Source of the DNA: a bacterium
GTDB lineage: Bacteria > Verrucomicrobiota > Kiritimatiellia > CAIKKV01 > CAITUY01
Assembly (NCBI GenBank): GCA_037132275.1
Contig: JBAXPK010000005.1
Coordinates: forward strand, 3,122 to 67,121
DNA length: 64,000 bases
Reading direction: 5' to 3'
Positions 52,792-60,819 of the stretch are shown in pieces (the stretch's first letter is position 1; each line of letters opens with the position of its first letter). A program made the position numbers and the translations under genes. Below the pieces are notes generated by a model. It did no database searches. It was not told the origin of the DNA and was given only the letters and a program-made list of their open reading frames with translations.

Positions 52792-54581
52792 TGATGCGGT
52801 CTAAACGTTTATTCTGGCGAATCTATGCTTATTTTTTGATGGCGACCCTCGGTGCCTTGGTGGCGACCGCCTGGTATGCCGACCATTTATTGTACACCTT
52901 TCATCAAAATCAGGTTACCGCTGATCTTCTGGCCCGCGCCCAGATCATCGCGCGGGAACTGACGCCTCCCTTGGATCATGGCGATGATCCGGTTGCCTTG
53001 GATAAAATGTTCAAGGAGTTGGGGCGGCTGACGATGTCTCGTATCACGATCATCCTGCCCGATGGCCGGGTTATCGCGGATTCTTCGGAGAATCCGGCGA
53101 CGATGGAAAATCATCGTAACCGGCCTGAAGTCGATGCCGCGCTGGCCGGGAGGACGGGGCAATCCTTGAGGTATAGCGATACGCTTCGGCGGCGGTTGAT
53201 GTATCTGGCCATTCCGGTATGGAAAGACGGGTCAGTGGCTGGCGTGGTACGCGTCTCGCTTCCGCTGGCGGTTGTGGATGAAACCATCAGAACCCTGTAT
53301 CGCGACATTGCCCTTGGCGGCCTTGTGGTGGCCGGGGTGTTTGCCGTGTTGGCTCTGGCCATTTCCCGCCGGATCACCCGGCCGTTGGAATATATGCGGC
53401 AGGTTTCCGAGCAATTTGCACAGGGGGAGTTGGCGGCCCGTATCCCTGTGCCTGATACGGACGAAATGGCGTCTCTGGCGCGCACGATGAACCAGATGGC
53501 GGCGCAGCTTCATGAAAGGGTGCGTACCGTGGCCCTTCAGCACAACGAGCAGCGCGCCGTTCTGGCCAACATGGTCGAGGGGGTTCTGGCGGTGGATGTG
53601 GCGGAACATATCCTGCACATCAATCCCGCCGCCTGCCGGTTGCTGGGCCTCAAGCCGGACGAGGGCCGGGGGCGCCATATCCTCGAAATAGTGCGCAATA
53701 TAGACCTGCAGGAGTTCCTGGTTGAAACCTTGAGCGCCGCCGGTCCCACGGAGCGGGAAATTGTGCTTCGCGGCGATGCCGAACTGGTTATCCAACTGCA
53801 TGGTGCCGTCCTGAAAAATGCGGATGGCGCCAACATTGGGGCGCTGGTGGTGATGAACGATATCACCCGCATGAAGCGGTTGGAATCGATGCGCCGTGAT
53901 TTTGTCGCCAACGTTTCGCATGAACTCAAGACCCCGATCACAACCTTGAAGGGCTGTGTCGAGACCCTGTCCGAGGGGGCGGTGCATAACCCTGAGGAAT
54001 CAAGGCATTTTCTGGAGATGATGGGCCGCCATGTGCATCGCCTGGAAGCCATGGTCGAGGATCTCCTGGTTCTATCGCGTCTGGAGTATGAGTCGGAGCG
54101 CGGCGACATTGTGTTGGAACCCGGAGCCATTCAAGATGTTTTGGCGCGTGCCGTTCAGGCTTTTGCGAAGCGGGCGGAGGCCCGGGGGATTCTGCTGGTC
54201 ATGGATTGCCCGGATTCCTTGAGGGCCTTGATCAATGCGCCGCTCCTGGAGCAGGCGGTTGGAAATCTGTTGGATAACGCGATCAAGTACAGTTCAGAAG
54301 AGACGCGTATCAACGTGACAGCGGTTCAGGCGGATACCTGTATTGAGATTCGCGTAGCCGACCAGGGACCGGGTATCGAGAAGAAACACTGGGGCCGAAT
54401 TTTTGAGCGATTCTACCGCGTGGATCAGGCCCGCAGTCGCGCCATGGGTGGCACCGGCCTCGGACTGGCGATCGTAAAACATATTGCCATTGCCCATCAC
54501 GGTAGCGTTTCCTTGGAAAGTGTTCCCGGGCAGGGCAGTACATTCATGCTGCGCGTGCCGACCCACGCCGCTCCGTCATGA
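52791..54581 (+). CDS. phoR: PhoR-like sensor histidine kinase (2 TM, HAMP, PAS, HisKA, HATPase_c)
   Basis: Start at 'MMRSKRLFWRIYAYFLMATLGALVA' overlapping the phoB stop by 1 nt. H-box 'FVANVSHELKTPITTLKG'. N/G-boxes 'LLDNAIKYS', 'DQGPGIEKKHWGRIFERFYRVD' and 'GTGLGLAIVKHIA'. Confidence 0.75.
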   Translation: MMRSKRLFWRIYAYFLMATLGALVATAWYADHLLYTFHQNQVTADLLARAQIIARELTPPLDHGDDPVALDKMFKELGRLTMSRITIILPDGRVIADSSENPATMENHRNRPEVDAALAGRTGQSLRYSDTLRRRLMYLAIPVWKDGSVAGVVRVSLPLAVVDETIRTLYRDIALGGLVVAGVFAVLALAISRRITRPLEYMRQVSEQFAQGELAARIPVPDTDEMASLARTMNQMAAQLHERVRTVALQHNEQRAVLANMVEGVLAVDVAEHILHINPAACRLLGLKPDEGRGRHILEIVRNIDLQEFLVETLSAAGPTEREIVLRGDAELVIQLHGAVLKNADGANIGALVVMNDITRMKRLESMRRDFVANVSHELKTPITTLKGCVETLSEGAVHNPEESRHFLEMMGRHVHRLEAMVEDLLVLSRLEYESERGDIVLEPGAIQDVLARAVQAFAKRAEARGILLVMDCPDSLRALINAPLLEQAVGNLLDNAIKYSSEETRINVTAVQADTCIEIRVADQGPGIEKKHWGRIFERFYRVDQARSRAMGGTGLGLAIVKHIAIAHHGSVSLESVPGQGSTFMLRVPTHAAPS

Positions 54582-54670
54582 TAAATATGTAGGTGAGCGC
54601 CCCGCCAAGGGCTTTTGGGGACAAACCCGGCTTGCCCAATCCCTGTCCACCCTATATTCTGCCCTGTGTG

Positions 54671-55615
54671 ATGACTGTAGAACAGACAGGTGAAGACAGC
54701 TTAATCCGCCGGCTGAAACGTCTGGCGCCCGGGCGTGGCGATATCGTTGCCGGAATCGGGGATGATTGTGCCGTGGTCCGCACAGGACGGCGCGACGCTT
54801 TTGATCTCCTATTGAAAAGCGATCCTGTCATTGAGGGGATTCATTTTCGCCCGGATGCGACGGCCTCTGCAATCGGGCATAAAGCCGTGGGGCGGGTATT
54901 GAGTGACCTGGCCGCCATGGGCGGCGAGCCGTTGTGGATTCTGGTTGATCTTGTGTCGCCGCCGGAAACACAGGTGGCCCATATCGAGGCGATCTACCGG
55001 GGAATAGCGCGGCTGTCCCGCCGTTATGGCGCAGCCATTGTCGGTGGAGATACTTGTTGCGGAAACGTCCTTGAGTTGCATGTCTTTGCTGTGGGCCGTG
55101 TGAAACGCGGAAACGCCGTCCTCCGGTCGGGCGCCAGGCCCGGCGACGGGATCTACGTGACGGGTGCCCTGGGAGGCAGCGGGCTGGGCCGCCATTTGCG
55201 GTTTGAGCCCCGATTGGCTGAGGGACAATGGCTATCCGGTCAGGGCTGGGTGACCGCGATGATGGATGTTAGTGACGGTCTCGCCACGGATTTGCGACGC
55301 CTGAATACTGCGAGTGGAACGGGATCGGTGTTGGATATTGGTAAAATTCCCATCGCGGCTGCGATCCGCCGGTTGCGGGACGGTAAATCGGCGCTGGAAC
55401 ATGCGCTTGCCGATGGCGAGGATTTTGAATTATTGTTCACCGTTCCGAGTCGGAAAACAGCGGCATTTGAAACCGCATGGCGGAAGGCCTTCAGTCTGCG
55501 CTGTACCCGGATCGGGGAGATGACGGAGAAGACGGGTGAGGTAAAGCTGCGTGACGGACTGTGCTGTCATGAATTGACGTTCCATGGTTATGAACACTTT
55601 CGAACTGACCCTTGA
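54671..55615 (+). CDS. thiL: thiamine-monophosphate kinase
   Basis: AIR-synthase-related fold: 'GIGDDCAVV', 'GIHF', 'AIGHKAVGRVLSDLAAMGGEP', 'IVGGDT'. Start set at 'MTVEQTGEDSLI' rather than the Pro-rich upstream extension. Confidence 0.7.
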   Translation: MTVEQTGEDSLIRRLKRLAPGRGDIVAGIGDDCAVVRTGRRDAFDLLLKSDPVIEGIHFRPDATASAIGHKAVGRVLSDLAAMGGEPLWILVDLVSPPETQVAHIEAIYRGIARLSRRYGAAIVGGDTCCGNVLELHVFAVGRVKRGNAVLRSGARPGDGIYVTGALGGSGLGRHLRFEPRLAEGQWLSGQGWVTAMMDVSDGLATDLRRLNTASGTGSVLDIGKIPIAAAIRRLRDGKSALEHALADGEDFELLFTVPSRKTAAFETAWRKAFSLRCTRIGEMTEKTGEVKLRDGLCCHELTFHGYEHFRTDP

Positions 55616-56036
55616 ATCCCACAGCGTGGGTGATACCCACAAGCTGGCGCGGCATCTTCTTAAGCAGGTGCCAGGATCTATGGTGCTGGCCCTGCATGGA
55701 GACTTAGGAAGTGGGAAAACCTGCTTTGTCCAGGGCTTGGCGGCGGCGTTGGGTATTGACCGCCCGGTAACCAGTCCCACATTTACACTGGTGCATGAAT
55801 ACAAGGGCACCCGCCCGCTGGTTCATGTCGATCTCTATCGCTTGCGCGATTCGCTCGATGCCCTGATGCTGGGCCTTGAGGAATATTTCGATTCCAGCGG
55901 CATCACCGCCATCGAATGGGCCGAACGGGCCGATGATATATTCCCGGCGCAGACGATCCATATTTTCTTCGAAACGATGGCCGCGTCCCATTCCCGGCGG
56001 ATAACAATCAAATCGCCAATGACGTTGTGCGAATGA
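55590..56036 (+). CDS. tsaE: tRNA threonylcarbamoyladenosine biosynthesis ATPase TsaE (YjeE)
   Basis: P-loop 'LHGDLGSGKTCFVQG', 'SPTFTLVHEY' and 'HVDLYRL'. Confidence 0.7.
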   Translation: MNTFELTLESHSVGDTHKLARHLLKQVPGSMVLALHGDLGSGKTCFVQGLAAALGIDRPVTSPTFTLVHEYKGTRPLVHVDLYRLRDSLDALMLGLEEYFDSSGITAIEWAERADDIFPAQTIHIFFETMAASHSRRITIKSPMTLCE

Positions 56037-56047
56037 GCAGACGGGCA

Positions 56048-56076
56048 TTGCATCCCGCCATGGGCTTCGCTAGCAT
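56048..56076 (+). promoter_or_regulatory. candidate sigma70-type promoter for serS: -35 TTGCAT (56048-56053), 17-nt spacer, -10 TAGCAT (56071-56076)
   Basis: Read directly, 37 nt upstream of the serS ATG. Consensus match is partial. Confidence 0.3.
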
Positions 56077-56112
56077 GACTCCACTTTTATGAACCAACCT
56101 GCGGGGTGAGTT

Positions 56113-57387
56113 ATGCTGGATATCAAATTGATTCGGGATCATGAGGAAACAGTGCGGCAGGGGCTGACAGCTCGTGGCGCCAGTATGGAATTCCTGGATG
56201 CGGTGGTGGCGGATGACGGCGTGCGCCGCAGGCTGGTCACCGAAGTCGAGAACCTGAAAAACCAGCGCAATGTGGTTTCAAAGGAAATCGGCATGCTCAA
56301 GAGCAAGGGGCAGGATACCGCAGCGACGCAGAAATCCATGCGCGAACTGGGCGACTTGATCGTTCAGAAGGATAATGAGGTGCGAGAGTTGGAGTCGCGT
56401 CTCAAGGATAATCTGCTCCGTATCCCGAATCTTCCTCACTCGAGCCTCCCGGACGGCCTGGATGCCGCGGCAAATGTTGTCGCCCGTGTCCATGGCGAGC
56501 CGCGGTCATTTGTCTTCCAGCCGAAGGGACATGTCGAGGTGGGAGAGCGGCTGGGAATTTTTGACTTCACCCGTGCGGCCCGCATGACCGGATCCGGCTT
56601 TCCGCTGTATCTCGGCATGGGCGCCAAACTTCAGCGTGCGCTTATCCAATTCATGCTCGATCTCCACACGACCAAGCATGGCTATACCGAAATGCTGCCC
56701 CCGTTTGTGGTGAATACGGCCTCCATGACCGGTACCGGCCAGTTGCCGAAAATGGCGGAGGATATGTATCACGCCACCGATGATCTCTGGCTGATCCCCA
56801 CGGCTGAGGTGCCGGTCACAAATTATTATCGGGACGATATCATTGATAAACCCCTGCCTGTTTACCTGACGGCCTATACTCCCTGTTTCCGCCGCGAGGC
56901 GGGCGCCGCCGGCAAGGAAACCCGTGGCATCATTCGCGTCCACCAGTTCGATAAGGTTGAGATGGTGAAGTTTGTCGAGCCCTCCACCTCCTATGCCGAA
57001 CTGGAGTCGCTGGTTGTGAATGCCGAGGAGGTGCTCAAGCGGCTGGGGCTGCATTACCGAGTCTTGTCGCTCTGCAAGGGGGATATCAGTTTTGCGGCGG
57101 CGAAATGTTATGATTTGGAATTGTGGGCCCCGGGCCAGAACGGGTGGCTTGAAGTATCGTCTTGCAGTAATTTTGAATCGTTCCAGGCGCGGCGTGCGAA
57201 TATCCGGTACCGTCGTGCGGATGGTAAACTCGACTTTGTCCACACCCTGAACGGCTCCGGTGTTGCCTTGCCACGGTTAATGGTCGCCATCCTTGAGAAC
57301 GGCCAGGAAGCCGACGGTTCGGTGACCCTGCCGGAAGCCATCGTGCCCTACATGGGCGGCATCCGGCGTATTGAACCAGTGGGGTGA
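56113..57387 (+). CDS. serS: seryl-tRNA synthetase
   Basis: N-terminal coiled-coil arm 'MLDIKLIRDHEETVRQGL'. Class II motifs 'FRREAG...TRGIIRVHQFDKVE' and 'GSGVALPRLMVAILENGQ'. Confidence 0.9.
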   Translation: MLDIKLIRDHEETVRQGLTARGASMEFLDAVVADDGVRRRLVTEVENLKNQRNVVSKEIGMLKSKGQDTAATQKSMRELGDLIVQKDNEVRELESRLKDNLLRIPNLPHSSLPDGLDAAANVVARVHGEPRSFVFQPKGHVEVGERLGIFDFTRAARMTGSGFPLYLGMGAKLQRALIQFMLDLHTTKHGYTEMLPPFVVNTASMTGTGQLPKMAEDMYHATDDLWLIPTAEVPVTNYYRDDIIDKPLPVYLTAYTPCFRREAGAAGKETRGIIRVHQFDKVEMVKFVEPSTSYAELESLVVNAEEVLKRLGLHYRVLSLCKGDISFAAAKCYDLELWAPGQNGWLEVSSCSNFESFQARRANIRYRRADGKLDFVHTLNGSGVALPRLMVAILENGQEADGSVTLPEAIVPYMGGIRRIEPVG

Positions 57388-57418
57388 GATGTGAGATGTG
57401 AGGCGTGAGACGTGAGTT
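57384..57418 (+). repeat. five tandem heptanucleotide units GTGAGAT/GTGAGAT/GTGAGGC/GTGAGAC/GTGAGTT spanning the serS stop codon and the tilS start codon
   Basis: Read directly: 'gtgagatgtgagatgtgaggcgtgagacgtgagtt'. The serS TGA (57385-57387) and the GTG start of tilS (57405) are both inside the array. The first tilS residues (M-R-R-E-L) are encoded by the units. Confidence 0.75.
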
Positions 57419-58838
57419 AGCCATTAACCAGGCTTCCCTCCCGACGGGGGGGCATATCCTTGTGGCCGTGTCTGGCGGGGCGGATTCGGTGGCGCTGCTT
57501 CATGGTCTTCACTCGGTGGCGAAACGCAACCGGTGGCGGTTGACGGTGGCACATCTTGAGCATGGCATTCGGGGACAGGCTTCCCTGGCAGATGCCGCAT
57601 TTGTACGGGCATTGGCCCGGCGCTTGAAAATTTCCTGCATTGTGGGGAAGGTTAAAGTACCCGCATTGGCGAATAAAAAGGGAATTTCGCTTGAGATGGC
57701 CGCCCGGCAGGCTCGGTATGCCTTTCTGGCGCGGACGGCTCGCCGGGTAAGTGCGGACGTGATGGCAACGGCCCACACGGCCGATGATCAAGTTGAAACG
57801 ATGTTGATCAAGTTTCTTCGCGGGGCGGGACGGGGTGGCCTCTCCGGAATGGAGGCGACGGCATCTGTTTCCGGAATACCGATTATCCGGCCCCTGCTTC
57901 ACTCCACACGCGCTGAAATCGAGACGTATCTGCGTGCCCGGAAATGCCCTTGGCGTGAGGATGAAACGAACACCGACAGGGCTTTCCTGCGAAATCGCAT
58001 CCGGCATGAATTGCTTCCCCAACTGGAGCGGGATTTCAATCCGGGAATCCGCCAGACGTTACTGCGCACCCGTGATGTGCTGGCGACGGAAGACGAGTGG
58101 ATGGATGCCGTGGCGAGGGGAATCATGGCGGAGTGCCTTGACGAGGGGGATTCCAGGGCCGTGACGTTAAGAAGTGAGCGCTTAAAGGGATACCCCCTGG
58201 CCGCCAGGCGGCGAGTGGTTCGTCTATGGCTGTTTGGGCAGGGTGTCCCGGAACTGTGTCTGGACTTTGATGCCGTGTCGCGAGTGGAACGGCTTGCGGG
58301 AAAAACTTCAGGAAGTGGAACCGTCGTGTTGTCGGCTGGCTGGCGTGTGAGGCGGCACTATGGGTGCTTAACGGTTAGCGAGGATACACGTTTAGCGGAT
58401 GCCGTTATACGAGTGCCGTTGAAAATCCCCGGAATAACGGTGATTCCGGAATGGGGGATAGTGATGACAACGACGCTGGGGCCGGGGGTTGAAAAAGAAA
58501 GGGGCGGCGGCCCGGGAATATATCCGGCGAAGGCCAGCTTGAATGCCGCCATATGGGCGAAACGGACGATGTGGATCCGGGGTTGGCAGCCTGGTGACAA
58601 GATGATTCCATTTGGTATGAAGGGATCCCGAAAGGTGCAGGATATTCTGGGGGATGCGAAAATTCCGCGTTCAGAGCGCGTCAAAGTTCCGGTTGTGGAG
58701 TGTAACGGGGAGATCGTCTGGATTCCCGGATACCGGATTGCCGCCAGGTGGGCCATTGAGAAACCCGGCCAGATGAATGTGCAGGCGACTGTTGCTCCCC
58801 TGCATAATCCACTTGTGCGGAATAGGGGGCGGGGATAG
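57405..58838 (+). CDS. tilS: tRNA(Ile)-lysidine synthetase
   Basis: PP-loop 'ILVAVSGGADSVALLH' and TilS C-terminal domain. GTG start. Confidence 0.75.
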   Translation: MRRELAINQASLPTGGHILVAVSGGADSVALLHGLHSVAKRNRWRLTVAHLEHGIRGQASLADAAFVRALARRLKISCIVGKVKVPALANKKGISLEMAARQARYAFLARTARRVSADVMATAHTADDQVETMLIKFLRGAGRGGLSGMEATASVSGIPIIRPLLHSTRAEIETYLRARKCPWREDETNTDRAFLRNRIRHELLPQLERDFNPGIRQTLLRTRDVLATEDEWMDAVARGIMAECLDEGDSRAVTLRSERLKGYPLAARRRVVRLWLFGQGVPELCLDFDAVSRVERLAGKTSGSGTVVLSAGWRVRRHYGCLTVSEDTRLADAVIRVPLKIPGITVIPEWGIVMTTTLGPGVEKERGGGPGIYPAKASLNAAIWAKRTMWIRGWQPGDKMIPFGMKGSRKVQDILGDAKIPRSERVKVPVVECNGEIVWIPGYRIAARWAIEKPGQMNVQATVAPLHNPLVRNRGRG

Positions 58839-58880
58839 ACTTTATGTCGGTGATTTCAAACCTTAGTACGAGGAGTTAGC

Positions 58881-59477
58881 ATGAATATGATGCGTTCGAT
58901 TGTGGGTGCGGTAACGGTGTCTTTGTCGGCGATCATGGCGCATGCCGCCGGGGAAGCGGCTTATTTGGTGAAGATCACCGGTTTTGATCGAAAGCCGGAG
59001 GTGCAAGTGATGTCGGCGGCGGATTACAAGGCGTTCGAAAAGACGATCAAGGCCGAGCAAAGATACTTCTCTGAGGCCGTCTCTCAGGTTGCCAAAGAAT
59101 GGCGTGCTGATGAACTCAATAAGGGCATACCTTTCGCGGGAAACAAGTTGGTGCCTCGCGCCATTGTGGGGACCGCCGAAAAGTATATTTCATTGGACAG
59201 GGCAAACGAGGCTCTTTCGAAGATTGAGGAGCAGCAGGCAAAGCGAGAAGAGCGCGAGCTTAAAACCAAAAAGAATAAAACGCCATCCAAAGATCAGTTA
59301 AAGAAAGACTCTGAGTTAAGCCAGGCGGCGGAGTTGGTTAAAGTGAAATTGGATGATATGATCGCCAAAGGAACTACCCCTGGGACCGGAGTCCAAAATG
59401 CGGCCCCCGGCGCTAATAATATGGAGGCTGGCGGCGTCAAGTTGAATGCCGCAGCAAACAAAGCCGGAAATAAATGA
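58881..59477 (+). CDS. secreted lysine/glutamate-rich hypothetical protein (198 aa) with signal peptide
   Basis: Signal peptide 'MNMMRSIVGAVTVSLSAIMAHAAG'. Low-complexity charged C-terminal half. The stop overlaps the next start (ATGA). Confidence 0.4.
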   Translation: MNMMRSIVGAVTVSLSAIMAHAAGEAAYLVKITGFDRKPEVQVMSAADYKAFEKTIKAEQRYFSEAVSQVAKEWRADELNKGIPFAGNKLVPRAIVGTAEKYISLDRANEALSKIEEQQAKREERELKTKKNKTPSKDQLKKDSELSQAAELVKVKLDDMIAKGTTPGTGVQNAAPGANNMEAGGVKLNAAANKAGNK

Positions 59478-60796
59478 ATCCCCTTGTTTTTGATGCGATT
59501 CTCGCCGCCGCGATATTTCTTGGGGTGTTAGTCGTCCTGAAATGTATTGATGTGCTTCTTTTTGACCTGATGGCCAAGTGGCGAAAGAGGCCGCAGGTTC
59601 CTCGACTTTTGCGGGATATCGGGCGTTGGGGGCTGTCGCTGCTCGCGCTCGTATTGATTGTTCGCGGGTTTTTTCCCGGAGTGAACCTCAATATTCTGGC
59701 CATGTCTTCCCTGGTCGTGGGATATATCCTCGGGAATGCGACACAGGATACCCTTGGCAACCTGATTGCCGGCCTGGCGTTGAATACGGAGCGGCCGTTT
59801 TACATCGGGGACTGGGTGACGGTCAGCGGAAACACCGGGGTGGTGGTGGATACCACCTGGCGTGCGACGCGTTTGCGAACCAAGACCGAGGATTACATTG
59901 TCATCCCGAATGCCTCGATCGCCCGCGAACCGATTGTGAATTATTCGCGCCCTACTGCCTGCCATGGCTGTAATCTTCCCATCGGCGTGGATTATGAGAC
60001 TCCCCCCAACGTTGTTCGCAACGCCATCAAGGGGGTCTTGGCCGATGCGCCCGATGTGTTGAAAGATCCCCCGCCGATGGTCTATCTCACCGGCTACGGC
60101 GATTTTTCAATGAACTTCACCATGAAGTTTTTCATTGAGGATTATGCGAAGTTGGATCTGATTCAGAGTACGGTTCTGGACCGTCTCTGGTATGTGTTCA
60201 AACGCGAGGGGATCGGGATTCCCTATCCGATTCAAGATGTACGGGTCAGCAACCGGTTGGCCTGTGAACGGCGCGTCCTTGAATCGAATCGGGAGGCCGT
60301 GGCGGCGCTGTTCAAACGGGTGGATATATTTCAGTCGTTGTCCGATGCCGAATGCGAGCGTCTGGTGTCAGTTGTGAATACGGTGCCCTATGCCGCGGGT
60401 GAAATCCTCTGTCGTGAAGGCGAGCCGGGCGATTCGTTTTATGTCATTCGGTCCGGCACGGTTGAGGTGCGGATCCGGGGCGCCGATGGGGCCTTGGCAA
60501 CGGTGGCGCGGCTTTCAAGTGGCCAATTTTTCGGCGAAATGTCCCTCCTCACGGGCGAACGGCGTTCGGCGACGGTGGTGGCGGAAGGCGATGTGGAAGT
60601 GGTGCGGGTCGCGAAGCAGGATTTTGCCGCCTTGTTGCAGGCAGATGCCGAACTGGCGGGACAACTGGCCATTGTGCTCGAAAAGAGACTGGCGCAACGG
60701 AAGGAGCTTAGCGCGACTTTGACGACAGAGGGGGTCGTCCCTGAAAATCGTTCCATACTGGCCATGCGTATCCGCCGTTTTTTTGGACTTGCGTAG
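59474..60796 (+). CDS. MscS-family mechanosensitive channel with C-terminal cyclic-nucleotide-binding (cNMP) domain
   Basis: MscS core 'NLIAGLALNTERPFYIGDWVTVSGNTGVVVDTTWRATRLRT'. cNMP domain 'FFGEMSLLTGERRSATVVA' with the canonical GE..L..R.A motif. Confidence 0.75.
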   Translation: MNPLVFDAILAAAIFLGVLVVLKCIDVLLFDLMAKWRKRPQVPRLLRDIGRWGLSLLALVLIVRGFFPGVNLNILAMSSLVVGYILGNATQDTLGNLIAGLALNTERPFYIGDWVTVSGNTGVVVDTTWRATRLRTKTEDYIVIPNASIAREPIVNYSRPTACHGCNLPIGVDYETPPNVVRNAIKGVLADAPDVLKDPPPMVYLTGYGDFSMNFTMKFFIEDYAKLDLIQSTVLDRLWYVFKREGIGIPYPIQDVRVSNRLACERRVLESNREAVAALFKRVDIFQSLSDAECERLVSVVNTVPYAAGEILCREGEPGDSFYVIRSGTVEVRIRGADGALATVARLSSGQFFGEMSLLTGERRSATVVAEGDVEVVRVAKQDFAALLQADAELAGQLAIVLEKRLAQRKELSATLTTEGVVPENRSILAMRIRRFFGLA

Positions 60797-60819
60797 TTTA
60801 AGGATAGAAGAGCTGCCTT

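Noticed and set aside
54582-54670. Looked for a TPP riboswitch upstream of thiL and for tRNA genes in all non-coding gaps longer than 60 nt
   Set aside because: No CUGAGA/ACCUGAUCUGGAUAAUGCCAGCG-type TPP elements and no tRNA-like T-arm (GTTCRANYC) were seen by eye. This cannot be fully excluded without covariance-model search.
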